From: Eledone cirrhosa
Taxonomy: Eukaryota
Reading direction: 5' to 3'
Length of the DNA stretch: 64,000 nucleotides
Assembly: GCA_964016885.1 (NCBI GenBank)
Contig: OZ024746.1
Span: 62,930,001-62,994,000, forward strand
The notes under the pieces were generated by a model. The model ran no database searches and was not told the DNA's origin. It saw only the letters and a program-made list of their open reading frames with translations. Positions within the stretch are counted from its first letter, which is position 1; every line of letters starts with the position of its first letter. Below are positions 52,512-64,000 of this stretch, piece by piece. The translations under genes and the position numbers were made by a program.

Positions 52512-54011
52512 CTCCCCTAAAATTGCTGGCTTTGTACCTAAATCAGAAACACTGCAGCTTGATAACGTCTGTATTCCCCATACCAGTAGTCCAGGATTTG
52601 AGTACACTAGAAGGGTCAATGGCGAAAGCCACAAAATGAAATCGGTCAACCAATGCCTGGTATTTAGTTATCATCCACTCCACTGGGTTTGTGGCTAAAG
52701 CGATAATGTTGACACAGGAGAAAGTGTCACAACGTGTGGCGTCTCGAGTGAGTTACCCCCTCAAACAGTAAAAGGGTTACCTGGTTCGGATGTCTACCGT
52801 CGTTGCGTTTGAGGCCGACAGGCTCCAGTTTTGACGGGCAACCATCAGCATGGAAACTCCTCTTTATGATGTTATTCAGTTAAACGCGACGAGGAAAACG
52901 TAACAAGATAGATGATGTAGTTGAAACTCGTCGACCATGGCTCCACAGCGGTATTTCTGTGACTCAGGTTTATAAAATTGGGTCAACTATCCCTATAGAC
53001 GAAAACAAATCTGATCTGGGGCTGCTACGAAGAATCGAACTCAACTATTGTTTACAGCACAAACTTAATCTAATCTAATCTAATCTGGCCGAGTTTACAC
53101 TCGCAAATAAGAAGAACCAGGACCGCCCCTAGGAGCATTGGATTTGGTGTACTTCCTATTTGTTTCAGTTGATGAATACAATCAGGAGTCACTGCTTCTC
53201 CTGAAGGTCAATAGTTCTCTTCTAACTCGCCTTTCCATTGTCAATTTGCATTGATCATCTGCAAAGCCGCATTGTTCTCAGAACCACTACACCAGTCTTT
53301 CAATGGGTGGCAGCTGGAATTACTGGATCGCAACTCATTTCTACAGCTGAGTAAACTGGAGCAACGTGAAATAAAGTGTCTTGCTCAAGGACACAAAACA
53401 TCACCTGGTCCGAGAATCGAACTCACAACCTTTTAATTGCAAGCCCAATGCTCTAACCACTAAGCCATGCGCCTTCACTAACTTAAGAAAATTAACAGAA
53501 TATTTTTTTACGGTTCCCCCTTAAAAATTGTTTTTTTGTTTTGTTTTGTTTTGTTTCCGTTCGCAGTCTTGTCGTTTGTTAACTTTTTCAAGTTTATCTT
53601 CTAACGTGGCGTACGTGTTTATATCTTACTTCCCCATTTATTGTATTGTTTACTACAATTGACTGTGGCTACAGTTATTAATGTCTTCTTTTTTTATAGT
53701 TGTGAGGCAGACCAAAAGCAGACGAGAGAAAGTTTGTGGAGGGAAGACACAGTTCTTGTCCAAATTGATTGATCAATATTTGATGTCGTTCTAATCACGT
53801 TAGAAACTTGCGTATTTTAATTTAAACTCCACTTTTAAATTATGTGTCTTGTAAGTTCATTTTATTGTCGTTTAGCCCTAAATCGATTTCGATCAAGCAG
53901 ATATATGATCAAAGCTATTCCAGCCACGAATGTCCCATTTTTAGGGTAGGTGGAGGGTGGTAGGTGGACTGTGTAATCTGATATGTCATTTCTATATTTC
54001 AATAAGTACAG

Positions 54012-54205
54012 CAGACCTGCCAACTGCTAAAAACCCAAACGGGGAGTACCATGAAAAAAGGTGCCCCAAAACGTGGGGAAATGAGGCAAAATAGGGAGAT
54101 TTACATAATGGAAGCTATACCTATTTTCACAAGAGAAGACATCTCTCACTCACCTCAAAGTGGGTGGGAGAACTCCCCATCGGACGGGGAGAGTTGACAT
54201 GTCTG
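54012..54205. mobile_element. MITE with CAGACCTG termini and 6-bp TSD
   Basis: TSD GTACAG at 54006-54011 and 54206-54211; TIR CAGACCTGCCAAC / GTTGACATGTCTG. Confidence 0.78.
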
Positions 54206-54539
54206 GTACAGTGTTGTTTCCGTGAGATTTAGCTGCTATTTCTAGTGAATTGAATGTTCACGTACAGCCATCACGTTAGCTTCTTTATATTTAAATTAAC
54301 CGCTATTTCTAAATTATGCGTTTTGTAACGTTTTTCTTTATTAATTTGTATTTTCATTTCTCTGTTATTTTTTGCTATTTTGCATTTCTTTTCTTTTTTT
54401 TTCTACAATTTTTAGTGTCTTTTTTCCCGCGCGCTCCTCTATAACTGCCCACACACTCATTTGGTTTGGGTGGAGTCTTTTGGGAATGGCATCCAAAAGC
54501 CGTTCATATGGTTTTCTTCAAAATGTTTTGTCTGAATTT

Positions 54540-55235
54540 CACACATACAAACACACCACACACATACACACACATACATACGCGCACGCATACACACACA
54601 CACATATACACACGCACATTCACACATAGATACACACACACATATACACACGCAGACAGAGACACATACACACACACACCCACACACAGATACACATACA
54701 CACATATACATACACACACGTACACACACACATGCACACACACACATGCATACACATACACATACACACATATACACGCACACACATACAAACACACATA
54801 TACACATACATACATATATATACACATACACACATACATACACATATATACACATACACACACACACATACACACACATACACACACACACATACACACA
54901 CATACACACACACACACACTCACATAATGAAAGGAAGTTCTTGATACAGTAACAACATTGAAAAGTTAGGAAAAATTCTTAACATTTAAATTGAAGCAGT
55001 AACTGATATTTTATTCAAAACGACAGTTAATCCGTTTTAAAGAAAATTTTCTTCTCCCCAGTTAACCTCTAGAAATCACTACAGTTTCAGTTCATTAAGG
55101 TTAACACTATCATTCCAGTGCACATTGAGACGCAACAAACAAACAAACAAACACAGGACAAGCTGCGGCTTTCGGCGAATACACAATTAAAGACGAATGT
55201 ATACACACACAGGCACACAGACACATACGCAAACC

Positions 55236-55299
<64 letters not shown>

Positions 55300-55332
55300 C
55301 GCACAGACACACACACACACACAAACCGCACA

Positions 55333-55398
<66 letters not shown>

Positions 55399-55410
55399 TA
55401 TATATATCTA
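54540..55410. repeat. (CA)n-rich simple repeat blocks
   Basis: Seen directly, with a unique spacer at ~54926-55195. Confidence 0.85.
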
Positions 55411-55560
55411 TATACCAAGATATTAAATAAATGGAAACTATATTTATAAAACCATATCTTTTTTATTATACATATATCATGGGCAACCAAGGGAACCTTG
55501 GTGCGCTTTCATCAGATAAAATACAAAGTGTGTTTTATAAATAAAGACATATCCGTGATA
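55410..55560 (-). mobile_element. Penelope-like pseudo-LTR fragment with mutated hammerhead (GAAA to GAUA)
   Basis: Homolog of 19404-19520. Confidence 0.6.
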
Positions 55561-55669
55561 ATCAAACCTTATCGGTCGGAAATTCACTGGATTGTGGAAA
55601 CATATTAAGGGTTATTCATAGTTATGTGTGAATATGCAAATGAATGTGTAAATAATTGAAAAAACAACC

Positions 55670-55707
<38 letters not shown>

Positions 55708-55790
55708 ATAATAATAAATTTGAAGACTAAAATCCAAAGAGAGCTCGATAAGGATAAATATATATCAAATATATAAGAACCGTAGAGCAA

Positions 55791-55948
55791 ATATTTATTA
55801 AAATAACAGATTAAAGTTTAAGCAAAGAATCGCTGCTTTCACCCTTAACGGAATCTTCTGCGTTTACAGATTGACTTTGTTAGTTTCAGAAGATCCCGTT
55901 AAGGGTGAAACCAGCGATTCTTTGCTTAAACTTTAATCTGTTATTTTA

Positions 55949-55956
<8 letters not shown>
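55791..55956. repeat. Inverted repeat (~70-bp arms) beside (TA)n; partial homolog at 51327-51405
   Basis: ATATTTATTAAAATAACAG...GAATCTTCTG / CAGAAGATCC...CTGTTATTTTAATAAATAT. Confidence 0.85.
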
Positions 55957-56002
<46 letters not shown>

Positions 56003-56207
56003 GGTGGTGCTCCACCATGGCCTCAGCCGGATGGCTGAAACAAGTAATTTTCACGGTAGCCTCCTCCTCCTCCTCCCATTTTGGGGACAGTGTGAGATTT
56101 TCTTTCGAACTGCTGGACTTACAACCTAACAGCTCCTCCAAGCACTGATGGTGATTATCGTTAAATATTGATGTTGATTTAGTTATTAATATAAATAACA
56201 TTGGGCA

Positions 56208-56331
56208 CCCACTGAAGATGTGTAAGAGCCCACTTGCATAAGAATCCGTTGATCTTACACAAGTTTCTACATAACTTGGTATAATTTCACCCACCATGTA
56301 GAAATCTTTACAATGAAACGATTCGTTTGGG
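56208..56331 (+). ncRNA. Diverged homolog of the enlarged-stem-II hammerhead
   Basis: CCCA CUGAAGA UGUGUAAGAG...CUUUACAAU GAAAC GAUUC GUU UGGG. Confidence 0.55.
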
Positions 56332-56502
56332 AAATGAGATGTTTAATATATCTCATATGAAGTAATACAGCCAATTATCCACACAATACAATATAGTTAG
56401 CACTCCAAACGTTTAATTGGGAATATACTCCGGTATTTCCTAATGTTTGTTGAGTGAGTTGGAAATTGGTCGGAGTATCGCTATTAGCTTTCTCCGTTTA
56501 TG

Positions 56503-56568
<66 letters not shown>

Positions 56569-56602
56569 AATATGTGTAATATGTGTGTGTGTGTGTGTGT
56601 GA

Positions 56603-56641
<39 letters not shown>

Positions 56642-56684
56642 GTGTGTGAGTGTGTGTGTGTGTGTGTGAGTGTGTGTGTGTGTG

Positions 56685-56755
<71 letters not shown>

Positions 56756-56971
56756 GTGTGTGAGTGTGTGTGTGCCTATCAAGATCTGTCATGACGTTTT
56801 AGCCATAATATATTACAACAAAATTCAAGTCACGTTTTGCAACCTCTAAATTCTCTTCTCTGTCTGACGACAGATATCTAAAACATCTCATAAATAATGT
56901 TTCAGTGGCGACTGACTATAATACTGGACAGTACAGCAATGTCTATCTTGATAAAGCTTAAAATGATTTAA

Positions 56972-57192
56972 CCCTTAAGCATTTACATTACTCTATATTT
57001 ACCATTGTACTTTCACAGTAAAGGTTTTACCTCACATAATTATCTTATATAATATTGAATCTGCGAGATTTCGATATTATTCATTTTGAGAACAATACTT
57101 TAACATAAGCATAAGTGGCCAGTTATGGCCAGTTTGAACAGAAAGAGGTGAGAGTATACTGGCCGGATACGGCCGGTTTAAATGCTAAAGGG
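56972..57192. mobile_element. piggyBac-like MITE
   Basis: TTAA|CCCTTAAGCATTT...AAATGCTAAAGGG|TTAA. Confidence 0.88.
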
Positions 57193-57885
57193 TTAAATAA
57201 AGCGCACTTTTGGGGAAACTTCGAACTTACTGACAATAAAATTACTATAAATTTTCAATATTAAATCATTTCAAATAAAGCTCAAATATAATTGTTGTTG
57301 TTGTTTAACCCTAGACAAATTCTGATCAAAGGCATTCCAGCCGTGGCTATCCCGCCTTTTCTCTGTGCGCGAAAAACTCGGGAACACATCATCCAACGTG
57401 TCTTTCTTTTAGGATGGTTCTATGTTATTTAAAGGAGACTTGGCTGTTATTTCTAGTAAACCAAGTAACCGCTTAGAGACCCTCACAGCTCAGCTATATA
57501 TAGATGGAAGGTTAAAACTACCTTTCAAGCAACATTCAAGTGTTTGGTGTCTGACTGAGGGTGTGTATGAAAATAAATAATGTACAAGGATTGGCTGAAA
57601 AGTTCATAGGCTCACCCTTTGGAAAATATTTTTTATCAAATAATAAAAAATACAGAAAAATAGTCCTGAAATCCTGATTAAGTCGTAGGGGTGTTATCCC
57701 GACACACAGCAATGTCCTAGGTCCTTTAACACCCCACTCCCTCTCTCAAGTTATCTCTCTCACACACACATGCAAAGAAACACACATATATATATACGCA
57801 GTACCAAAATATATGTGTGTGAGTTAGGCTTTCGCACAGTATGTATGTATGTATGTATGTATGTATGTATGTATGTATGTATGTA

Positions 57886-57922
<37 letters not shown>

Positions 57923-58700
57923 GTGTGTATGTGTGTGTGTGTGTATGTATGTGTGTATATATATATATACATGCATGTAAGTGTATGTATGTATGTATAT
58001 ATACGACAGGCTTTCGTACAGTTTCCGCTAAACATATTCAACTCCTACCTCATTGGTCAACCGTAGTCCGTCGGTCCGTCGGTCCGTGGTAGAAGTCACA
58101 TGTCCATGGTGTTCACACAGTTGTACAGAATCTGAAACCACCTTGTTTCTATGTGAACTTCTTAACCATACAAACATACAACCATACCAGCAACCTATGT
58201 TTAGATCATATCTCTTTGACGGGTACTTCTACAACATACACAGATATACCTTCTAAACCCAGATGTTCGGCTCACACATCTAACAATTCAGATTACCTAC
58301 GAACTGCATTAACTATATTAAGTTCACCCATTTCCTTCGTAAAATCAGCTGTTTTACCACCAACTCACTCAGTGTCATTACAGTATCCAATTTTCTTTGC
58401 ATTCTTTCAATCCTTATTTTTGTCAGTTCAACCCCTTTTTTCCCTCCCATATCCTTCCTTCCCACATTCACATAACTTTGGTTTTTTTTGTCGTTTTTTT
58501 TTTTTCCATCTTGAAGAACCCGTCAGAAACTATTAAAATATATTAGTTGACCCCACCCTCTCCTTCTCTCTTACACTCACTTGTTTACTTCCTGTCTTCA
58601 TTTGTCTCTCATTCTTTCACCCTTTTTCCTTGTCCTTCTTCCTCTCTCTCTTTCTAGCTCTCTCTCGCTCTTTGAGTGTATATATAATATATATATATAT

Positions 58701-58832
<132 letters not shown>

Positions 58833-58919
58833 CACACACACTACCGCTGTGGTCTTGGATTTTCTTATTCTCATTCCATTTTTAAGCCTAACTTAACTAG
58901 CAACTACGCAGCCATCTTA

Positions 58920-59064
<145 letters not shown>

Positions 59065-60023
59065 AACGTATGAACAAAAGCCTCCAATAGAATAACTATG
59101 TAATCTATAGCCTGACTAAAACTTCAAGACGGGGTATATAATAAAATCCTGTGTACACATTTTCTCAGCATTCTGTAGATTACCTTGTTTGTTTAAGGCA
59201 ACATGTGAGACGACCAAAATGTTCTCACTAATCGGCAAGGTGCCAAACTTAATATTGAACTACAACTAGTGAAAATTAAGACAATATCTAACAATACATT
59301 TTCTTGCAATCCGAGGCCACAACTACAACTCGGATATCCATTCATGGGTATAATAGAGGACATGAAGACGCTCGCAGTATTTTGACCATTGTCATAGATG
59401 TCAGAGCCGGCACCTGAGTATCTAAGACCCTAGGTTAGTTCTACAATGTATGCCTGTGTATTTAATACCCTAAGTTAGCTCTACAATGTGTGCCTGTGTA
59501 TTTAATACCCTAAGTTAGCTCTACAATGTGCCTCTGGGCAATTAGGACCCCAGGTTAGCTCTACAATCTGCGCCCCCTTCTCCCAATTACGCACCCTATT
59601 TTTCAACAAATAAAATAATCTTAATTTACAATTTGGGTAAGTTGACTAACCTAGTGGTTTTGACATTTTTTTTGTTCAGGCCACACCAAGAAAAATACTG
59701 TTTGTATTTTCCACTACGCAGTCCACACTTACCCACGCCAAATCACGTGACAATTTATAACATAATACGGCCGTCCCCACTGACCTGCAGTACACCCCTC
59801 CGCTCTCACAGGCACAGTTCCATCTCTACATATACATATATCTGTGTATACTATCGTCTAAACTTCTGGAATGTTTTCCATATTTTTATAGTTTCACATA
59901 TAGCTTGTGATTGCAATCTTCTAATTAGCAGTATTCTTTCTCGTTTTGTGAAGTCTAACTTTTCAAGATTTGTGATGGATATTTGTAGATGGATTTCTAA
60001 GAGATATATAATGCGACATTTAA

Positions 60024-60243
60024 CCCTTTAGCATTCACATTACTCTATATATACTATTATATATTCATGGTAAATGCTTTACCTCACATAATTATCTCAC
60101 ATAATATCGAATCTATAAGATTCTGAAAGTATTTATTTTGAGAACAATTCCTTAACATCAGTTTGAGTGGCCAGTTACAGCCAGTTTCAACAGAAAGAGG
60201 TAGAGAATTCTGGCCGGTTTTGGCCGGTTTGAACATTAAAGGG
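60024..60243. mobile_element. piggyBac-like MITE
   Basis: TTAA|CCCTTTAGCATT...TAAAGGG|TTAA; homologous to 56972. Confidence 0.88.
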
Positions 60244-60518
60244 TTAAAAACTGTTTGGATAGATTTTAAGCCTGCATATATAGTCTTCTGGCTGGTGAAT
60301 TGGAAGTATCGGTAGAAAGTCGGACAGTTTCATGGCATAGAGTTACGTCTCTTTATGTCCTGAGTTCAAATCCCGCTGAGGGTAACTTTGCCTTTCATCC
60401 TTACGGGATGGATAAAATAAAGTGGGTCGATTTAATCAAAATTTGTTGGCCTTGTGCCTAAATCAGAAACCATTATTTTATATATTTTTATATATTTTAT
60501 ATATTTTATATTATATAA

Positions 60519-60707
60519 GGCGGTGGATTGGCAGTATCGGTAGAGGGTCGGGCGCCATGCTTTCCAGCATAGTTACGTCCTTTACGATCTGAGTTCAAAT
60601 CCCGCCGAGGTTGACTTTGCCTTTCATCCTTACGGGGTCGATAAAATAAAGTACCAGTAATGCACTGGTAAATTGCTGGCCTTGTGCCTAAAGTAGAAAC
60701 AATTATT
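60519..60707 (+). mobile_element. Full-length family A tRNA-SINE
   Basis: Consensus match including A and B boxes. Confidence 0.9.
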
Positions 60708-62265
60708 TTATATATTTTCACCAATAGAAAGAAAGCTGGTTTCTAACGTAGAAACAAGACATTTTTATTGGAATTTAGACAAGCTCAACTAGGTAAATAC
60801 ATATGTATGTCTATATGTGTTTGTGTATAGGTGTGGGTGCTATTGCATGTGTGGATCTGTATGTTTTGAGTTATATGTGTACACGTGTATTTAGACGTGC
60901 TTATATGCAGTTATATGATATATCTCTCCACAAAGTTCCATCACTCTGCTGCTGGTGATCGAACTTTGTGGAGAGTGATATCACATGTTGATGCGCAGCC
61001 TGCAACTGGCCGAGTTTAGCGTCACAAGAAGATATGCAATCATTACATTCTGAATTTCTGCAATGCTTTACATGAGTCCCAATGATCGCAGGTATAAATC
61101 TAAAAGTATAGTCAAAGTAGAGTATCTGCAGATTCCTCATTGGTTCGGCAGAAATGTTCTCCTTTTCACTAATCTTTATCATTATATTGACATCTGCTGG
61201 GCAGCTGGTCTCCACTCTGTGACTGCCTTCTTTTCTCTGTCCCATATCACTATGTATGTATGTATAAATGTATGCGTTGCTGTGTGTGCACTCATGTATT
61301 TATATGTATATATAAATCTTACTTCTATCTATCTCCTCTTTCTCTCATCTCCTACCACCACCGGTGGTTTTCCTTCAAATTTCATTCTTTTAAATTTACT
61401 CGAAAGGAATGAAGCAAAAGAAAAAAAGATAAAGAAAAAACTTAATGTAAGCAGCATGGAACTCAAACGAAAAACATTTAATCTATGAATTCGGGTTCAC
61501 GTGATAAGGCAATGTCATGTGATTTCATAAGTTCACGCGATATCTCAATGTCAAGGAAGATAGCTGGCTTAATGTTAATCACTGTTTAAAGCAATGATGG
61601 TCATGCTGACTAAAACAAGATATATATATAACTAGATAAAGAGGTTAATCATAACAAAGATTTCTAGTGCTGGCGAAAAGCCACGCATTTTTTTTGTCAA
61701 GGACACCGTGAATCGAATTTATAAGCTGTTTATTTACTATCGCCACATTTCCATCAATAATAAATACATGCCAGCTTTATTTCATGTGTTTCTGTTACGT
61801 AAATAAAAAAATATTTTATTCAGAACTATGTCTTTCTTTAACCCGCAGCTCTCGGTGGATACGTAGTTATGCCGCAGTGACACACGGCGTTTCTAGGCCA
61901 TTTTTAAAAACCTGGTGGTACCCATCTCCATTTCTGGTCTGAACACGGCTGATTTCTTCCAGAGAAAGAGGGTGTGTGTGTGTGATAGAGAGGAAGTGAG
62001 AAATAGATATAGAGGTACAATCGACTTCTGTATTAGACTGGTACTTTATTTATTGACCACAAAATGATGACAGGGAAAGTTGGCCATGGCGGAATACAAA
62101 GTTAGAATAAATACTGCAAAGAATTCTCTCCAACGAATCTGCCAATTCGCCGTCTGTATTCAGAATTATACCTTCGCTATAAAAACTAAAATAGCAAAAA
62201 GTAATTTAAAAAAAAAAAATCTAAATTTTCTCTCGAATAATTTGGCGTCTTATCTATGTTGGATG

Positions 62266-62546
62266 TAGTCATGGGGAACCTGCGGCCCGCGAAGCTTTCT
62301 GAATGGCTCGCCTAAGTGAAATCTTTCTGATTTTTTTTTATCCCAACTTTTCAGTCGTAATTTATCTTTCTATCATGTTTACGATCGAGGAAAACAACGT
62401 GTACGAATTCTGAAGAAAACAAAACAACCTGAGTTACCACCCCTTTTTTTTAATGTAGGCACAAATGTAAATTAGCGCTTGCGGCCCGCCTGATGATGAG
62501 CCATATCTCATGCGGCCTGCTTCTCGAAAATGGTTGCCCATGCCTG
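62266..62546. mobile_element. hAT-like MITE remnant
   Basis: TAGTCATGGGGAACC / GGTTGCCCATGCCTG termini; TGCGGCCCGC subterminal motifs. Confidence 0.6.
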
Positions 62547-62816
62547 GTTTACCAGTCCACGCTGGTTAGATATGGAATGGACGGTACACCTCCCTGGATA
62601 GGCGATATTCCCTGGTCATCGGCATCTACGTGGACTTTGAATATAGAAGGCAAATACGCAAGAAAAAACAATCTAAATGTAGTCGGCTGAGGAATTAATA
62701 CCTCCGCCATTCCACCACTCTGGGCCTCCATTACTAACAATACCAGTCTACCGCTTCTGACAGTCTATTGCTTTGGTGATAAAATAGATAAAGCATACAC
62801 ACACGCGCACACACAT

Positions 62817-62868
<52 letters not shown>

Positions 62869-63267
62869 ATAGACATACAGACACATACACAGAGATTTTT
62901 TTTTTTTTTGTAGTTTATATACTTCTATGACAAAAAGATGAACATTGACGATGGCGATGGTTGTTGGGATGTTGGACTAAACTATTTGTACGAGAAATAT
63001 AGAGTGGAAAGACACAGTGTTTAGTGATACAGCAACATCATCACCATCATCATCATCATCGTCATCATCATCATCGTCATCATCAACATCATCATCATCA
63101 CCATCATCATCATCACGATCACCATTATTTTTACGTCGACCTTTCTGTGCTGACATGGGTTGGCCGGGACTTTTTGAGACAATATTTTACTTTTGGAGAC
63201 AATCCTTTTTAGTTGCTTCTTACGACACAAAGACACACCGTGTACTTTATTCTAGGCCATATACCAT

Positions 63268-63552
63268 ACACAGGGAAACGGTGTACCTATTCTAAGCTGT
63301 ATATACACCCAGAGACGATGTACCTGTTCTAATCTGTATATACACCCAGAGAGACGGTGTATATATTCTAAGCCGTATATACACCCAGAGAGACGGTGTA
63401 CCTGTTCTAAGTTGTATATACACCCAGAGAAACGGTGTACATATTCTAAGGCGTATATACACGCAGGGAGTGGTGTATCTATTCTAAAGCAGATATACAC
63501 GCAGGGATACAGTGGCCATATTCTAAACTGGACATACACGCAGGGAGACGGA
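63268..63552. repeat. 39-bp minisatellite (~7 copies)
   Basis: Unit ATATACACCCAGAGAGACGGTGTACCTGTTCTAAG.TGT. Confidence 0.88.
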
Positions 63553-63725
63553 GTGTAGCGAAATCTGTCCACACCTTCACCCCTGGGTGACATTTAACGG
63601 TCAAATTCTGGGTTACCTCCATTTTGGCGTAAACAAGTCTATGCGTGGGCGATTTCTCGAGGCCACCCCGGTGGTTTAGAAAGAAACAAATAGCAGGTTG
63701 ACTGATAAAATGACAAGTCAGTCAA

Positions 63726-63925
63726 TCATATTGGTGGCCTCCCCACAGCCCCGGCGGACAGAACGGAGACGGCATTTCCCCGGAGGACGGCAAGAGAGAC
63801 GCGCTGGAAAAGCCATTCCAGCTCGCGAGGCTCATACCTGCGGCTGGCCAGCTCAGCGCCTATGGTGGTGAGTAGGGAGGTAGCCCTAGGGCCGAGGACA
63901 CCAGAGTTCTCCACTGCCAAGGGTC
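63726..63925 (-). mobile_element. CRE-clade RLE C-terminal fragment
   Basis: LAVENSGVLGP...WLFQRVSLAVLRGNAVSVL matches the CRE-type AVETxG...QRxSxAxxRGNA pattern. Confidence 0.7.
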
Positions 63926-64000
63926 AGAGGAAGCGACAAATATAAATAGCCTGTCTTAGACCAAGCAAATGGGCAGTTCGAAGCTGTTCCTGATAGAGTA

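Noticed and set aside
60901-61488. 114-aa and 141-aa ORFs in unique sequence
   Set aside because: No recognisable motifs; lengths compatible with chance.

Overview
Repeat-dense animal DNA with no supportable host gene. The SINE and microsatellite landscape suggests an octopus or other cephalopod (inference from memory). Bases 1-17676 are a CATA/CAAA-rich satellite with a ~44-90 bp monomer and a ~2.6-3.0 kb higher-order repeat, carrying five independent non-LTR insertions. Three belong to one R4/Dong-like RLE retrotransposon: a 3.1 kb copy with an unbroken 1009-aa RT-CCHC-PD(D/E)xK ORF plus 187-bp and 80-bp 5'-truncated copies, all ending GAGAAAA|CATAC in the same orientation. This points to (CATA)n target specificity. 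The other two are a 5'-truncated RTE LINE with three C2H2 fingers and a 23-bp TSD, and a 610-bp bipartite non-autonomous RTE derivative. The rest of the window holds tRNA-derived SINEs, piggyBac- and hAT-like MITEs, RTE, Tx1 and CRE fragments, trinucleotide minisatellites, and several (TA)n-embedded Penelope-like terminal repeats with type I hammerhead ribozyme folds. These include an inverted ribozyme pair and a family with a greatly enlarged stem II. All coordinates and folds were determined by eye.
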